Numbered from the stretch's first letter, positions 49,498-60,594 are shown. The stretch: DNA of 64,000 bases from Defluviicoccus sp. (GCA_028820505.1 JAPPIT010000225.1:356-64355); one strand, 5' to 3'. Translations and numbers: made by a program. Notes: generated from the sequence alone by a model not told the origin.

Positions 49498-51603
49498 ATG
49501 ACGGCAACCTATTGGATCGTCATCGCCTGCGGCGTGCTGGCGATCCTTTACGGACTCTATGCGGTTCGATCCATCCTCGCCGCGAGTCCCGGCACGGAAC
49601 GCATGGTGGAGATCGCCGAGGCGATCCAGGAGGGCGCGCGCGCCTATCTCAACCGCCAGTATCTGACCATCGGCATCGTCGGCATCGTGGTGGGCGTGAT
49701 TCTCGGCCTTCTTCTCGACGTCTATGTCGGTCTCGGTTTCTTCGTCGGCGCGATCCTCTCCGGGGTCGCCGGCTATATCGGCATGAACGTTTCGGTGCGC
49801 GCCAACGTCAGGACCGCCAACGCGGCGAGGGAGGGCGGCATCAAGCCGGCCCTCGACGTCGCCTTCAAGTCGGGCGCGGTGACCGGGATGCTGGTCGTCG
49901 GGCTCGGCCTGCTCGGCGTCGTCGTCTACTACATGATCCTGCGCGGCGTCCACGACCCGTCCGACCCGGCGGGGCTCCGCCACATTCTGGAGGCCCTGGT
50001 GGCGCTCGGTTTCGGCGCTTCCCTGATCTCGATCTTCGCCCGCCTCGGCGGCGGCATCTTCACCAAGGGCGCCGATGTCGGCGCCGACCTCGTCGGCAAG
50101 ATCGAGGCCGGAATCCCGGAGGACGATCCCCGCAACGCGGGCGTCATCGCCGACAATGTGGGCGACAATGTCGGCGACTGCGCCGGCATGGCGGCCGACC
50201 TGTTCGAGACCTACGCCGTGACCGTGGTGGCGACGATGCTGCTCGGCGCGATCTTCTTCACCGGCGCGATGCAGGAAACGATGATGGCCCTGCCGCTGGT
50301 GATCGGCGCGGTCTGCATCATCGGTTCCGTCGTCGGCACGTTCTTCGTCCGGCTCGGCGCCAGCAACAACGTGATGGCGGCGCTCTACAAGGGGTTCGTG
50401 GCCGCGGCGCTGATCTCCGCCGTCCTGATCGCGCTCGCGATCTACCTCATCTTCGGGAGCTTCACCGCCGAGATCGCGCTCGCCGGCGACACGATCCAGT
50501 CGCGGCACCTGCTCTATTGCGGTCTCGTGGGGCTGGCGGTCACGGGGCTCCTGGTGTGGATCACCGAGTACTACACCTCGACGGCCTACCGCCCCGTCCG
50601 CAGCGTCGCCAAATCGTCCGAGACCGGGCACGCGACCAACGTGATCCAGGGCCTCGCGGTCTCGCTCGAAGCGACCGCGCTGCCGGTGCTGGTGATCTGC
50701 GCCGGCATCATCCTCTCCTACTTCGCGGCCGGGCTCTACGGCATCGCGATCGCCGCCACGACCATGCTTGCGCTCGCCGGCATGGTGGTCGCGCTCGACG
50801 CCTACGGGCCGGTGACCGACAACGCCGGCGGCATCGCCGAGATGGCGGAACTGCCCGAAGACGTTCGCAGGCACACCGATCTGCTGGACGCGGTCGGCAA
50901 CACCACCAAGGCGGTCACCAAGGGCTACGCCATCGGCTCCGCCGGCCTCGCGGCGCTGGTCCTGTTCGCGGCCTACACCCAGGACCTCCAGTACTACTTC
51001 CCGGAACTCGCCAAAAGCATCTCCTTCCAGCTCGCCGATCCCTACGTGGTGATCGGCCTGTTCATCGGCGGGCTGCTGCCCTATCTGTTCGGCGCGCTGG
51101 GCATGATGGCGGTCGGGCGCGCCGGCGCGGCGGTGGTGGTCGAGGTCAGGCGGCAGTTCCGCGAGATCCCGGGAATCATGGAAGGCACGAGCCGGCCCGA
51201 GTACGGCCGCGCGGTCGACCTTCTCACCCGCGCCGCGATCCGCGAGATGATCGTGCCCTCGATGCTGCCGGTCCTCGCGCCGATCGTGACCTATTTCGTG
51301 ATGACGTGGATCGGCGGCCCCGCCGCCGGGTTCACGACGCTGGGCGCGATGCTGCTCGGCACCATCGTCACCGGCATCTTCGTCGCGATCTCGATGACCT
51401 CGGGCGGCGGCGCCTGGGACAACGCCAAGAAATACATCGAGGACGGCAATCACGGCGGCAAGGGATCGGATGCCCACATGGCCGCGGTCACCGGCGACAC
51501 GGTGGGCGATCCGTACAAGGACACCGCCGGGCCGGCCGTCAACCCGATGATCAAGATCATCAATATCGTGGCGCTGCTGCTGCTCGCGGTGCTCGCCGCC
51601 TGA
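49498..51603 (+). CDS. hppA: membrane-bound proton-translocating pyrophosphatase (H+-PPase)
   Basis: 701 aa; [31 protein letters not shown] motifs. Confidence 0.9.
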   Translation: MTATYWIVIACGVLAILYGLYAVRSILAASPGTERMVEIAEAIQEGARAYLNRQYLTIGIVGIVVGVILGLLLDVYVGLGFFVGAILSGVAGYIGMNVSVRANVRTANAAREGGIKPALDVAFKSGAVTGMLVVGLGLLGVVVYYMILRGVHDPSDPAGLRHILEALVALGFGASLISIFARLGGGIFTKGADVGADLVGKIEAGIPEDDPRNAGVIADNVGDNVGDCAGMAADLFETYAVTVVATMLLGAIFFTGAMQETMMALPLVIGAVCIIGSVVGTFFVRLGASNNVMAALYKGFVAAALISAVLIALAIYLIFGSFTAEIALAGDTIQSRHLLYCGLVGLAVTGLLVWITEYYTSTAYRPVRSVAKSSETGHATNVIQGLAVSLEATALPVLVICAGIILSYFAAGLYGIAIAATTMLALAGMVVALDAYGPVTDNAGGIAEMAELPEDVRRHTDLLDAVGNTTKAVTKGYAIGSAGLAALVLFAAYTQDLQYYFPELAKSISFQLADPYVVIGLFIGGLLPYLFGALGMMAVGRAGAAVVVEVRRQFREIPGIMEGTSRPEYGRAVDLLTRAAIREMIVPSMLPVLAPIVTYFVMTWIGGPAAGFTTLGAMLLGTIVTGIFVAISMTSGGGAWDNAKKYIEDGNHGGKGSDAHMAAVTGDTVGDPYKDTAGPAVNPMIKIINIVALLLLAVLAA

Positions 51604-51672
51604 CCCGGCGGCGGGTCGGGGCTTCTAGAGCCTGTCCGTTTCAGATAGAAGCGCCTTTACCCCGGCTCCTCA

Positions 51673-51704
51673 CCGTCATGGTCGGCCTTCGCCGACCATG
51701 ACGG
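51673..51704. repeat. REP-like perfect palindrome, family 2 (CCGTCATGGTCGGCCTTCGCCGACCATGACGG)
   Basis: 32-nt palindrome between the hppA end and bamE; arms shared with 17875 and 56677. Confidence 0.5.
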
Positions 51705-51745
51705 AAGAGAACGGAAGAAGCGGTTCCAACCAGAACGGATCCGCC

Positions 51746-52207
51746 CTACCGGTCCGTAGTGGGCGTGAACCGGCCGATATTGCCGATCAGCTGTTCGAGA
51801 ATCGTGAACTCGTTGCCCTCGGTCGGCGTCACGCGGTCCACGGGGTCCGGTTTGGCGAACCCGGTGGCGTCGATCGTGTTGACCTCGCTGACCCGGCCGT
51901 CGGCGCCGAACCGGATTTCGACGACCTGATGCTCGAGCACTTCCGGTTTGAGGAAGGCGACGGTCCTGGTGCGCTTCCCGATATAGTACCAGACGGGGTT
52001 CGCCTCGAACGCGCTCACCGCCGACGGGCTGCCGAGGGTTTCCTTCACCTGCTCACGGGTCTGCTTTCCGGGCGCGATCTGCTCCATCGACTCGGCGATC
52101 GGGATATTGCCGTTATTGTCCTGGATCGGCGAGCAGGCGAGAAGGAGCGCCGCGGCGGCGGCCACGACCCCGGGGACCGGGCAACGAATTGGAAGTCGAG
52201 CGTGCAT
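51746..52207 (-). CDS. bamE: outer membrane protein assembly factor BamE (SmpA/OmlA lipoprotein)
   Basis: Lipobox LLLACS, BamE core (TREQVKETLGSPS...WYY). Confidence 0.7.
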   Translation of the reverse strand: MHARLPIRCPVPGVVAAAAALLLACSPIQDNNGNIPIAESMEQIAPGKQTREQVKETLGSPSAVSAFEANPVWYYIGKRTRTVAFLKPEVLEHQVVEIRFGADGRVSEVNTIDATGFAKPDPVDRVTPTEGNEFTILEQLIGNIGRFTPTTDR

Positions 52208-52311
52208 CGGTATCCGCCGTTCGCCGGCCCGCCGGGACTCTCCGCTGGACCTCCGCCAGAGATTGCATCAAGTTCCCGACCTGTCAATGCGAAGTCCGGA
52301 GCCGCCGCGAC

Positions 52312-52860
52312 ATGCTGAAGCGTCTGCGGGACAGGAGGACGGCCCGCGAGTCCGCCGGGATGCTCTACCGCGCCCTGGTGGCGCAGGCGCGCTCGTCGGC
52401 GTTCTACCGGGACGCGGGCGTTCCGGACACGCTGGACGGAAGGTTCGAGCTCGTCGCGCTGCACGCCTTCATGGTGCTGCGCCGGCTCCAGGCGGACCCC
52501 GGCCGGACCGGCGTCCTGGCACAGGCCCTGTTCGATGCGATGTTCGACGACATGGACCGGAGCCTCCGGGAGATGGGGGCGGGCGATCTCGGCGTGGGAC
52601 GCCGGGTCAAGTTCATGGCCAGCTCCTTCCTCGGGCGGGTAAAGGCCTATGAAGGCGGTCTCGACGGCGGGGACGAGGCGCTCCGGTCCGCGCTGGTCCG
52701 CAATCTCTACGGCACGGTTCCGGCGCCCGCCGACGGCGCGGTGGCGATGGCGCGCTACATGCGGGATCAGCTCGCCGCGCTGGAGGCCCAGCCGCTCGAC
52801 GATCTCGTCGCGGGCCGCGTCCGCTTCGATGCGGCCCTGGCTGAGTGCGCCCCCGGATGA
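52312..52860 (+). CDS. ubiquinol-cytochrome c chaperone family protein
   Basis: Conserved alphaproteobacterial position between bamE and yceD; start at MLKRLRDRR within the longer ORF. Confidence 0.55.
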   Translation: MLKRLRDRRTARESAGMLYRALVAQARSSAFYRDAGVPDTLDGRFELVALHAFMVLRRLQADPGRTGVLAQALFDAMFDDMDRSLREMGAGDLGVGRRVKFMASSFLGRVKAYEGGLDGGDEALRSALVRNLYGTVPAPADGAVAMARYMRDQLAALEAQPLDDLVAGRVRFDAALAECAPG

Positions 52861-53378
52861 CGCCCGAGTTCTCGCGCCCGGTCCGCGTCGACGGGATTCC
52901 CGCATCGGGGACCGTCCGCGAAATCGCGGCCCGCGAAGCGGAACGCCGCGCCCTTGCCGGGCGTTTCGGCATCGTTGCGATCGAGTCGCTTTCCGCCAGG
53001 GTGGCGCTCAGGCGCACCGGGGAGGACGACATCGCCGTTACCGCGCGTTTCGCCGCCCGCGTCGTGCAGGAATGCGTGGTGACGCTCGATCCCGTCGCCG
53101 GCGATATCGACGAGGAGGTCGCGCTTCTCTTCCGGCCGGTCGGGCCGGAGGCGCTCGACCGGAAGACGGTCGTCATTCCCGCCGACGAGGACTTCGAGCC
53201 GTTCGCCGGGGAGTCGCTGGACATCGGGGAGGCCGTCGCCGTCGAGCTCGCGCTTTGCCTCGATCCCTTCCCCCGGTCGCCGGACGCGGACGCGGCGGCC
53301 GGGCACGGCGACGAAGCCTTGCCCGAACGCGGCGATTCGCCGTTTCGCGTGCTGGCAGGACGAACCGAAAACCGCTAG
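52857..53378 (+). CDS. yceD: YceD family (DUF177) protein
   Basis: Upstream of rpmF; acidic C-terminus; ATGA overlap with the previous gene. Confidence 0.7.
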   Translation: MTPEFSRPVRVDGIPASGTVREIAAREAERRALAGRFGIVAIESLSARVALRRTGEDDIAVTARFAARVVQECVVTLDPVAGDIDEEVALLFRPVGPEALDRKTVVIPADEDFEPFAGESLDIGEAVAVELALCLDPFPRSPDADAAAGHGDEALPERGDSPFRVLAGRTENR

Positions 53379-53463
53379 ACTCCGCTTTCGCTTGCCGGCC
53401 GCCCGGCAGTCGGCTAGGTATCCGCGCAATTCCATTCGACAATCTCAACCAGAGACGCTGGCG

Positions 53464-53646
53464 ATGGCCGTACCGAAGAAGAAAGTATCCAAGTCCCGCC
53501 GCAACAAGCGGCGTTCGCATCATGCGCTGAGCGTTGCGGCCTATGTCGAATGCCCGAACTGCGGCGAATACAAGCGTCCGCACCATGTCTGCCCGTCATG
53601 CGGATATTACGACGGGCGGGAAGTGACCGAGGCGAGCACGGCATAG
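53464..53646 (+). CDS. rpmF: 50S ribosomal protein L32
   Basis: [20 protein letters not shown]. Confidence 0.9.
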   Translation: MAVPKKKVSKSRRNKRRSHHALSVAAYVECPNCGEYKRPHHVCPSCGYYDGREVTEASTA

Positions 53647-53677
53647 CCCGCCGCACTCCACCGGAGGCCGGTTCCGC

Positions 53678-54727
53678 TTGAAGGCGCTGCTCACAATTGC
53701 ACTCGACGCGATGGGAGGCGATAGCGCGCCGCGTATCGTGGTCCGGGGCGCCAACATCGCACGGCGACGTTATCCCGACGTCCGCTTCCGGCTGTTCGGG
53801 GACGAGCGCAGGATCGCACCGCTCCTGAAGCGCATGCCCAAGCTGCGCAGGGCGATCGCCATCGATCACACCGAGGAAGTGGTCACCGACGACGACAAGC
53901 CGTCCCACGCGCTGCGCCAGGGAAAGCGGTCGAGCATGCGGCTCGCCATCAACGCGGTACGCGACGGCGAGGCGGAAGGCGTGGTCTCGGCGGGCAATAC
54001 CGGGGCGCTGATGGCGATGGCGAAGTTCACGCTGAAGACCCTGCCCGGTATCGACCGTCCCGCGATCGCGGCGGTCTTTCCCAACTACCGCAGCGAGAGC
54101 GTGATGCTCGACCTCGGGGCCAATGTCGAGTGCAATGCCGACAACCTGATCCAGTTCGCGGTCATGGGATCCGAATTCGGGCGCTCCGTTCTGGGGCTCG
54201 AGAACCCTTCGGTGGGCCTCCTCAATGTCGGAACCGAAGAGGTCAAGGGGCATGAGTCCGTCCGCCAGGCGGCGGCCATATTGCGCGAGGACGGCGCCGG
54301 CATCCGCTACCACGGTTTCGTCGAAGGCGACGATATCGCCATGGGGACGGTCGACGTCATCGTCTCCGACGGGTTTTCCGGCAACATCGCGCTCAAGACG
54401 ATCGAGGGTTCGGTCAAGCTCTATTCGGAGTTCATGCGCAAGGCGTTCAAGAGTTCCGTGAGCTCGCGGCTCGGCTACCTGCTCGCCAGGCGCAGCCTCA
54501 ACAAGATGCGCGCCCGGGTCGATCCGAGGCGCTACAACGGCGCGATGTTCCTCGGGCTCAACGGCAACGTGGTCAAGAGCCACGGCTCCACCGACGCCTT
54601 CGGCTTCGCCAACGCGATCGGCGTGGCGGTGGACATGGCCGCCCACCGCTTCAACGAGAAGATCACCGCGCAGCTCGACCGGGGCTCGCTGTCGATGCCC
54701 GTCCGGACGCGCGCGGCCGCATCCTGA
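53678..54727 (+). CDS. plsX: phosphate acyltransferase PlsX
   Basis: TTG start; [17 protein letters not shown] motifs. Confidence 0.9.
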   Translation: MKALLTIALDAMGGDSAPRIVVRGANIARRRYPDVRFRLFGDERRIAPLLKRMPKLRRAIAIDHTEEVVTDDDKPSHALRQGKRSSMRLAINAVRDGEAEGVVSAGNTGALMAMAKFTLKTLPGIDRPAIAAVFPNYRSESVMLDLGANVECNADNLIQFAVMGSEFGRSVLGLENPSVGLLNVGTEEVKGHESVRQAAAILREDGAGIRYHGFVEGDDIAMGTVDVIVSDGFSGNIALKTIEGSVKLYSEFMRKAFKSSVSSRLGYLLARRSLNKMRARVDPRRYNGAMFLGLNGNVVKSHGSTDAFGFANAIGVAVDMAAHRFNEKITAQLDRGSLSMPVRTRAAAS

Positions 54728-55701
54728 TGGTGAAGCGGGCCGTCGTCGCCGGCTGCGGCGGATATCTGCCCGAAAAGGTGCTGACCAACCAGGATCTCGC
54801 GCGGATGGTCGACACCTCCGACGAATGGATCGTCCAGCGCACCGGCATCCTCGAACGCCGCATCGCGGCCGAAGGGGAGTTCACCTCCCACCTGGCGGCC
54901 GCAGCCTCCCGCGCCGCGCTCGGCCGGGCGGGGATGGAACCGTCGGATCTGGACCTGATCGTGCTGGCGACCGCGACCCCGGACGAGACTTTCCCCGCGA
55001 CCGCGACCCGGGTCCAGAACGAGCTCGGCATGACCCGGGGCGCCGCCTTCGACGTGCAGGCGGTCTGCTCGGGCTTCATCTACGCGCTCAACGTGGCGGA
55101 CAATTTCATCCGTCTCGGCCAGGCCGAGAGCGCGCTCGTCATCGGCGCCGAGACCTTCTCCCGCATCCTCGACTGGACCGACCGGGCGACCTGCGTCCTG
55201 TTCGGCGACGGGGCGGGGGCGGTGGTGCTGCGCGCGGAGGAAGGGACGGGGACCGCCGAAGATCGCGGGGTGCTGTCGAACCATCTCCATTCGGACGGGC
55301 GCCACCACGACCTCCTCTTCGTCGACGGCGGGCCGTCGAGCACCCGCACCGTCGGGCATCTCCGGATGGCCGGCCGCGACGTGTTCCGCCACGCGGTGGT
55401 CAATCTCGCTTCGGTGATGCGGGAGGCGCTGGCCACCGCCGGCGTCGACCCCGAAGACGTCGACTGGGTGGTGCCGCACCAGGCCAATCTGCGGATCATC
55501 AACAGCACGTCCGGCAAGCTCGGCATGCCGGCGGAAAAGGTGATCGTGACCGTCGACCGGCATGCCAACACGTCCGCGGCGTCGATTCCGCTGGCGCTCG
55601 CCGACGCGGCGGGGGACGGCCGGATCAAGCCCGGCGACCTTTGCCTTCTCGAGGCGATGGGCGGCGGTTTCGCGTGGGGCGCCAGCCTAGTCCGCTGGTA
55701 G
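54727..55701 (+). CDS. fabH: beta-ketoacyl-ACP synthase III
   Basis: Catalytic Cys in [11 protein letters not shown], His/Asn in VPHQANLRI; overlaps the plsX stop. Confidence 0.9.
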   Translation: MVKRAVVAGCGGYLPEKVLTNQDLARMVDTSDEWIVQRTGILERRIAAEGEFTSHLAAAASRAALGRAGMEPSDLDLIVLATATPDETFPATATRVQNELGMTRGAAFDVQAVCSGFIYALNVADNFIRLGQAESALVIGAETFSRILDWTDRATCVLFGDGAGAVVLRAEEGTGTAEDRGVLSNHLHSDGRHHDLLFVDGGPSSTRTVGHLRMAGRDVFRHAVVNLASVMREALATAGVDPEDVDWVVPHQANLRIINSTSGKLGMPAEKVIVTVDRHANTSAASIPLALADAAGDGRIKPGDLCLLEAMGGGFAWGASLVRW

Positions 55702-55837
55702 GCAAGCCCGGCCGCGCCCGGTTGCGCGGCCCTGCGGGACGCGGAATTACATTAGGCACTCCGTCTATCCTATTGATAATTGACTGGATTCCTCGTTCGG
55801 CTTACCCTGAGCGAAGAACAGGCGGAGGCTTGGAGAA

Positions 55838-56173
55838 ATGGCGTCAGCGACGGTGACGCGTGCGCATCTGGCCGAGGCGGTGTACCGGGAAATCGGGCTG
55901 TCGCGCAACGAATCGGCCGATCTGGTGGAAACCGTGCTCCGCGAAGTGTCGATGTCGCTGGCCCGCGGCGAGTCGGTCAAGATTTCCTCCTTCGGCAGCT
56001 TCTCGGTCCGTCAGAAGGGCGCTAGGGTCGGACGCAACCCGAAGACCGGCGAAGAGGTGCCGATCCTTCCGCGCAGGGTGCTGGTGTTCCGCGCTTCCAA
56101 CGTGCTCAAGTCGAAAATCAACGAATCGATGGCGGCCGCGCGGCCGGGCGACCCGGACGCATCCGGCGGCTGA
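55838..56173 (+). CDS. ihfA: integration host factor subunit alpha
   Basis: HU/IHF fold [24 protein letters not shown]. Confidence 0.85.
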   Translation: MASATVTRAHLAEAVYREIGLSRNESADLVETVLREVSMSLARGESVKISSFGSFSVRQKGARVGRNPKTGEEVPILPRRVLVFRASNVLKSKINESMAAARPGDPDASGG

Positions 56174-56176
56174 GCC

Positions 56177-56635
56177 ATGGCGGAAGCGGCACAGCCCGTA
56201 GAAGCGAGACGCCGGGGCGCGGCGAAATCGGCCTCGGCGTTCCGCACCATCAGCGAGGTGGCGGGCGAGCTCGACGTGCCGCAGCACGTGCTGCGCTTCT
56301 GGGAGAGCAAGTTCATCCAGGTAAAGCCGATGAAGCGCGGCGGCGGGCGGCGCTACTACCGCCCGGAGGATATCGAGCTCCTGAGATCCATCCGCGAGCT
56401 GCTCTATACCGACGGCTATACCATCAAGGGCGTTCAGAAGCTGCTGCGCGAGGGCGGCGTGAAGGCGCTCGCCGAGCGTCGGCACGTCCCGGACCCGGAG
56501 CCGGAGGTCGGGCCCGATTCGGTCTCCGGAGCGCAAGCCGATGCGTCGGACGTCGAGGCGCTGAGAGCCGCGCTCGCCGACCTCGTGGAAGAGCTCGAAC
56601 GGATCGCGACCCGCCTCCGCAAAGCGCTCGAATAG
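56177..56635 (+). CDS. MerR family transcriptional regulator
   Basis: HTH in [20 protein letters not shown]; conserved partner downstream of ihfA. Confidence 0.8.
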   Translation: MAEAAQPVEARRRGAAKSASAFRTISEVAGELDVPQHVLRFWESKFIQVKPMKRGGGRRYYRPEDIELLRSIRELLYTDGYTIKGVQKLLREGGVKALAERRHVPDPEPEVGPDSVSGAQADASDVEALRAALADLVEELERIATRLRKALE

Positions 56636-56676
56636 ACCGGGTCCGTTTCAATTGGAACCGCTTCGTCCGTTTCCCT

Positions 56677-56772
56677 CCGTCATGGTCGGCGAAGGCCGAC
56701 CATCCATGTTTTGTTTTTGTTTCCAGCGCCTTAAAAACTCGTGGGTGGTCGGCCTTCGCCGCCCATGACGGT
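56677..56772. repeat. REP/MITE-like element, family 2, composite (two palindromic arms around an AT-rich 40-nt spacer)
   Basis: CCGTCATGGTCGGCGAAGGCCGACCAT ... GGTCGGCCTTCGCCGCCCATGACGG flanking ATGTTTTGTTTTTGTTTCCAGCGCCTTAAAAAC. Confidence 0.5.
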
Positions 56773-56915
56773 GAGGAAGCAAGGGTAAGGGCGCTTCCAT
56801 CTTAAACGGACGGACTCCAGGCCGGCGCACGTCCTCCGCCGCCGTTGTCATCCACGCCGAAGGTGCGATATGGTCGGCTGCGTAATCGGCCGGCCCGAAC
56901 CGGCGCCGACCTCGA

Positions 56916-56992
<77 letters not shown>

Positions 56993-57114
56993 AATGTGTC
57001 AGGGGTTCGGCGCGGATCGCCGGACCCCTGATGCGTATAGGGCGGCAACGCGTATCGTGGAGAGTAGTTCGGTACGTCGAATCAATCGATTGTTTCGATA
57101 TTCGAAGGAATGAG

Positions 57115-58530
57115 ATGAATTCCGGCGGCCGATCCGTCTCTACCGTTTCGCTCCGGCCGCGACGCCGGACGGTGCGCGCGGCGGTGCTGTCGGCGGCCGT
57201 CCTCGCGTTCGGCGCGTGCGTGCCCGAGACCGGAACGCCGCCGCCGAGGGTGGAGGCCTCCCCGCCGCCGCCCGCCCCGAAGGCCGACCGCGCGCCGGAG
57301 AGGCCGGCGCCGGCGCCCGCGCCCGCGGCCGGCGAAACCCCGGATCCCGCGAAGAAGGACGCGGCGCCGGTCGTCGTCGGACTCCTGCTGCCGCTTTCGG
57401 GGGACGAGCGGGAGCTGGGCCGGGCGATGCTGAACGGCGCCATGATGGCGGTGTTCGACCACGCCGCCCCCGGGCTCGCGCTCAGGCCCTACGACACCGC
57501 GGGAACGCCGGCGGGCGCGGCGGAAGCGGCGGAGGCGGCGCTGAAGGACGGCGCGAGGCTGCTGCTCGGCCCGCTGTTCTCGGACTCCGTGGCGGCGGTC
57601 GCGCCCGTCGCCGCGCGCGTCGGCGTCAACGTGCTCGCGTTCACCAACGACCGGGCCGCGGCGGGACGGGGGGTCTTCATCCTCGGCCATCATCTGGAAC
57701 CGCAGATCCGGGCGGTCATCGCCTATGCCGGAAGGCGCGGGATCCGCAGCCTGGCGGTCCTGATCCCGACCGGCAGGTTCGGCGCCCAGGCCGCCGTCGC
57801 CGCCGACGCCGCGGCGCGCGAGGCCGGCATCGGCGTGCACGAGATCGCGGTCTACACCGACGACGTGCCGTCGATCGACCGCGCGATTCGCCGGCTCGCC
57901 CGCTACGACGGACGCAAGGCCGCGCTGCGCGAGCACCGCGCCGCCCTGAAACGGCGCGGGGATGCCGAGTCGATCGCCATTCTGGAGCGGCTGAAGAATC
58001 GCGACACACTGGGAAATGTCGACTTCGACGCGATTCTCGTGCCGTCCGGCAGCGGCACTGTCTACGCCATCGCGGCGCGTTTGCCGTATTACGACATTCC
58101 GAGCGACCGGGTGCGCGTACTCGGCATTTCGACCTGGGACCGGCTCGAGCTGAGATACGAGCCGGCGCTCAGGGGCGCATGGTACGCGAGCCCCGCGACC
58201 GAGCCCGGGAGCGTGTTCAAGCGGCGCTTCGCCGAATCCTTCGGCAAGCCGCCCGGCCCGCTGGCAGCGCTGGCGTACGACGCGGCGGCCGTCGCGGCGC
58301 TCCTCGGACGGCGCCCCGGCGCGGATTTCGGCGCCCGGGCGCTGCGCGACGCGCGCGGCTTCGAGGGCGCCTCCGGGCTGTTTCGCTTCGGCGAGGACGG
58401 GCTGTCGGAGCGCAGCTACGCCATCGTCGAGGTGGGAGAGGACGGGGCGAAGCCGGTGAGCCCGGCGCGCCGGAGCTTCGATGCGCCGCGCGCCGAGGCG
58501 CGCCTCGGGACGCCCACGCGCACGAACTGA
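57115..58530 (+). CDS. LppC/LpoA-like lipoprotein with periplasmic ligand-binding (Leu/Ile/Val-binding-protein-like) domain
   Basis: Signal peptide ending in a lipobox-like AFGAC, Pro/Ala-rich linker, type-I periplasmic-binding fold; ORF-track N-terminus overlaps the tRNA-Pro and is spurious. Confidence 0.65.
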   Translation: MNSGGRSVSTVSLRPRRRTVRAAVLSAAVLAFGACVPETGTPPPRVEASPPPPAPKADRAPERPAPAPAPAAGETPDPAKKDAAPVVVGLLLPLSGDERELGRAMLNGAMMAVFDHAAPGLALRPYDTAGTPAGAAEAAEAALKDGARLLLGPLFSDSVAAVAPVAARVGVNVLAFTNDRAAAGRGVFILGHHLEPQIRAVIAYAGRRGIRSLAVLIPTGRFGAQAAVAADAAAREAGIGVHEIAVYTDDVPSIDRAIRRLARYDGRKAALREHRAALKRRGDAESIAILERLKNRDTLGNVDFDAILVPSGSGTVYAIAARLPYYDIPSDRVRVLGISTWDRLELRYEPALRGAWYASPATEPGSVFKRRFAESFGKPPGPLAALAYDAAAVAALLGRRPGADFGARALRDARGFEGASGLFRFGEDGLSERSYAIVEVGEDGAKPVSPARRSFDAPRAEARLGTPTRTN

Positions 58531-58545
58531 AACGCTTCCCGTCGG

Positions 58546-58761
58546 TCAGCCGAGCAGCGCGTCGACCTCCTCGTCGGTCGGGAAACGCCCGGTCCCGAGC
58601 TTCGAATAGACGATGCGCCCGTCGATGATTATCTCGAAGGCGCCGGTCGCGCCGGGCGCGATCTCGACATCCTGGGCGCCGAGCGCCGTGAGCCTGTCCC
58701 TCGCACGGAGGGCGCGCGGCTCGTAGTTTCATCTCACGCAGTATTCGATCCGTATCGCCAT
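58546..58761 (-). CDS. SelW/Rdx-family selenoprotein with in-frame UGA selenocysteine (CxxU); absent from the ORF track
   Basis: Minus strand: MAIRIEYCVR-U(TGA, plus 58729..58731)-NYEPRALRARDRLTALGAQDVEIAPGATGAFEIIIDGRIVYSKLGTGRFPTDEEVDALLG*; IEYC..U and FEI.IDG.IVYSK...G.FP match SelW (human VVYCGAUGY...FEVMVAGKLIHSKK); hairpin GAGCC GCGCG CCCUC CGUGC GAGGG ACA GGCUC starts 6 nt after the UGA. Confidence 0.6.
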
Positions 58762-58934
58762 GCTCGCCCCTCCGGCCCTCGCGCGGCCGGACAACCCTGT
58801 CTATAGTCCGCCGCTCGTCGGATCATAGGCATTCAGGGCCGCCCCGCAACGCGGCGGCGGCTGCCTTGTGTATGATCCGGACTATCGAAAGCGTTTCGTC
58901 GGAACGGCGCGATGGCTGAGCGCGCGATGCGCGG

Positions 58935-60134
58935 ATGAGGGGCAGGTTTCGCCGCGGGGGCGCGCTGACGGCGCTCCTGATCACCGTCTTCATGGACATG
59001 GTGGGGTTCGGGATCATCATCCCGCTCACCCCGTTCTGGGCCGAGCGGTTCGGCGCCGGGCCGGCCACGGTGACGCTGCTGTTCGCGACCTATTCGGCGT
59101 TCGGCTTCGTGTTCTCCTTCCTCTGGGGCTGGGCGAGCGACAGGTGGGGGCGGAAGCCCGTCCTGCTCCTCAGCCTGATGGGCTCGGTGCTCTCCTTCCT
59201 CTGGCTCGGGTTCGCCGAGGCGCTCTGGATGCTGTTCGCCGCGCGCGCGATGGGCGGCATCTTCGGCGCCAACATCGCGGTCGGCCAGGCCTATATCGCC
59301 GACGTGACGCCGGAGGAGGACCGGGCGAAGGGGCTCGGCCTGTTCGGCGCCGCCTTCGGGCTCGGCTTCGTGCTGGGACCCGCGATCGGCGGCATCCTCG
59401 CCGGGCCGGACCCGGCGAATCCGGACTTCCGCACGCCCTTCCTCGCCGCCGCCGCGATGTCGTTCGTCGGCGTCCTCTTCGGGCTCCTGTTCCTGCGGGA
59501 GCCGGAACGGCGGGAAAAGACCGGGCCGCGCTACAGCATCCCGGCCCAGCTCGCAGGATTCGCCAGGGTTCTCGTCATGCCGGCGGTCGGCATCCCCGTC
59601 CTCTGCTTCGCCATGATGGGGTTCGCCATGGGCGGGCTCGAATCGACATTCGCCATATGGGCGGAGCGCGCGGTGGGCTGGGGGCCGCGCGAGACCGGCT
59701 TCTTCTTCGCCTATATCGGCGTGCTGCTCGTAATCGTCCAGGGCGGGCTGGTCGGGGTCGTGGTCAGGCTGCGCGGCGAGGCGCGGACGGCGGCCTACGC
59801 GCTCCTCGCGATGGCGGTCGGCATCGGCACGCTGCCCCTGTCCGACACGGTGACCGGGATCGCGCTGTCGGGCGCGGCGATAACGCTCGGCTACGGCCTC
59901 GGACAGCCCGCCTTCAACGCGCTGATCTCGCGCGCCTCGCCGGAAGATACCCAGGGCGCGATCCTCGGCGTGACCCAGTCGGTCCAGAGCCTGATGCGCA
60001 TCCTGGGCCCGATCACCGCCGGCGCGCTGTTCGCCGCCTGGGGGCGGGACATGCCCTATATCGCCGGCGCCGCCATCCTCGCCGCCGCCTTCGCCGTGTC
60101 GCTCACGATGCTGCGCGGCCGGCGGGTCGCGTGA
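58935..60134 (+). CDS. MFS transporter (DHA1/TetA-like)
   Basis: 12 TM; motif A-like GWASDRWGRKPVLL. Confidence 0.8.
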   Translation: MRGRFRRGGALTALLITVFMDMVGFGIIIPLTPFWAERFGAGPATVTLLFATYSAFGFVFSFLWGWASDRWGRKPVLLLSLMGSVLSFLWLGFAEALWMLFAARAMGGIFGANIAVGQAYIADVTPEEDRAKGLGLFGAAFGLGFVLGPAIGGILAGPDPANPDFRTPFLAAAAMSFVGVLFGLLFLREPERREKTGPRYSIPAQLAGFARVLVMPAVGIPVLCFAMMGFAMGGLESTFAIWAERAVGWGPRETGFFFAYIGVLLVIVQGGLVGVVVRLRGEARTAAYALLAMAVGIGTLPLSDTVTGIALSGAAITLGYGLGQPAFNALISRASPEDTQGAILGVTQSVQSLMRILGPITAGALFAAWGRDMPYIAGAAILAAAFAVSLTMLRGRRVA

Positions 60135-60232
60135 AAGGGCGATGCCCCCTTTCGATTGAATCTCCGTTCATGGTATTCACGCCAGACGGGTTGAAGCATC
60201 CGGGTGCGGAAAGCAGACGGGGTTCCGACCGA

Positions 60233-60451
60233 ATGAGCGCCGAAATTCTGCAATACGCCAACCTGGCCGGCGTTGTCGCTGTCCTGGCTTTTCTCTGGAA
60301 CCTGCACCGCGATATCGTGGGCCTGCGGGATCGCATGTCCGGGCTGGAAGGCGATCTGCGGGAGCGCCTCGCACGACTGGAGGGCGCGGTCGACCTCCTC
60401 ACCAAGTTTCTGATCGACAGAGAGCGCCGCCCGGCGGAGGCGGCGGAGTAA
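60233..60451 (+). CDS. small membrane-anchored coiled-coil protein, paralog of 20437..20805
   Basis: 72 aa MSAEILQYANLAGVVAVLAFLW (TM) then GLRDRMS GLEGDLR ERLARLE heptads; shares MSAEI start and heptad type with the 122-aa protein; weak RBS. Confidence 0.4.
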   Translation: MSAEILQYANLAGVVAVLAFLWNLHRDIVGLRDRMSGLEGDLRERLARLEGAVDLLTKFLIDRERRPAEAAE

Positions 60452-60594
60452 GAAATAGGGATCATATCGATCACTTGACGAGCGGGAGGCAGACCGGCGT
60501 TCCGGTTCGAACGAAACCCGTTCCTCCCTCCGCCACGGCCGGTGTACGTCTTCGGTCGTCCCTCGTGGTCGGTGCCCCGCCCGCCCTCCATACC

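Noticed and set aside
48780-51701. 973-aa plus ORF and 679-aa minus ORF
   Set aside because: Alternative/antisense frames over the MFS and H+-PPase genes; the PPase frame has unmistakable motifs.
58217-58732. 171-aa minus ORF MKLRAARPP...
   Set aside because: Arg/Pro-rich antisense frame over the LppC-like gene; its start is the out-of-frame ATG spanning the Sec codon of the SelW-like gene, whose frame gives a far better protein.
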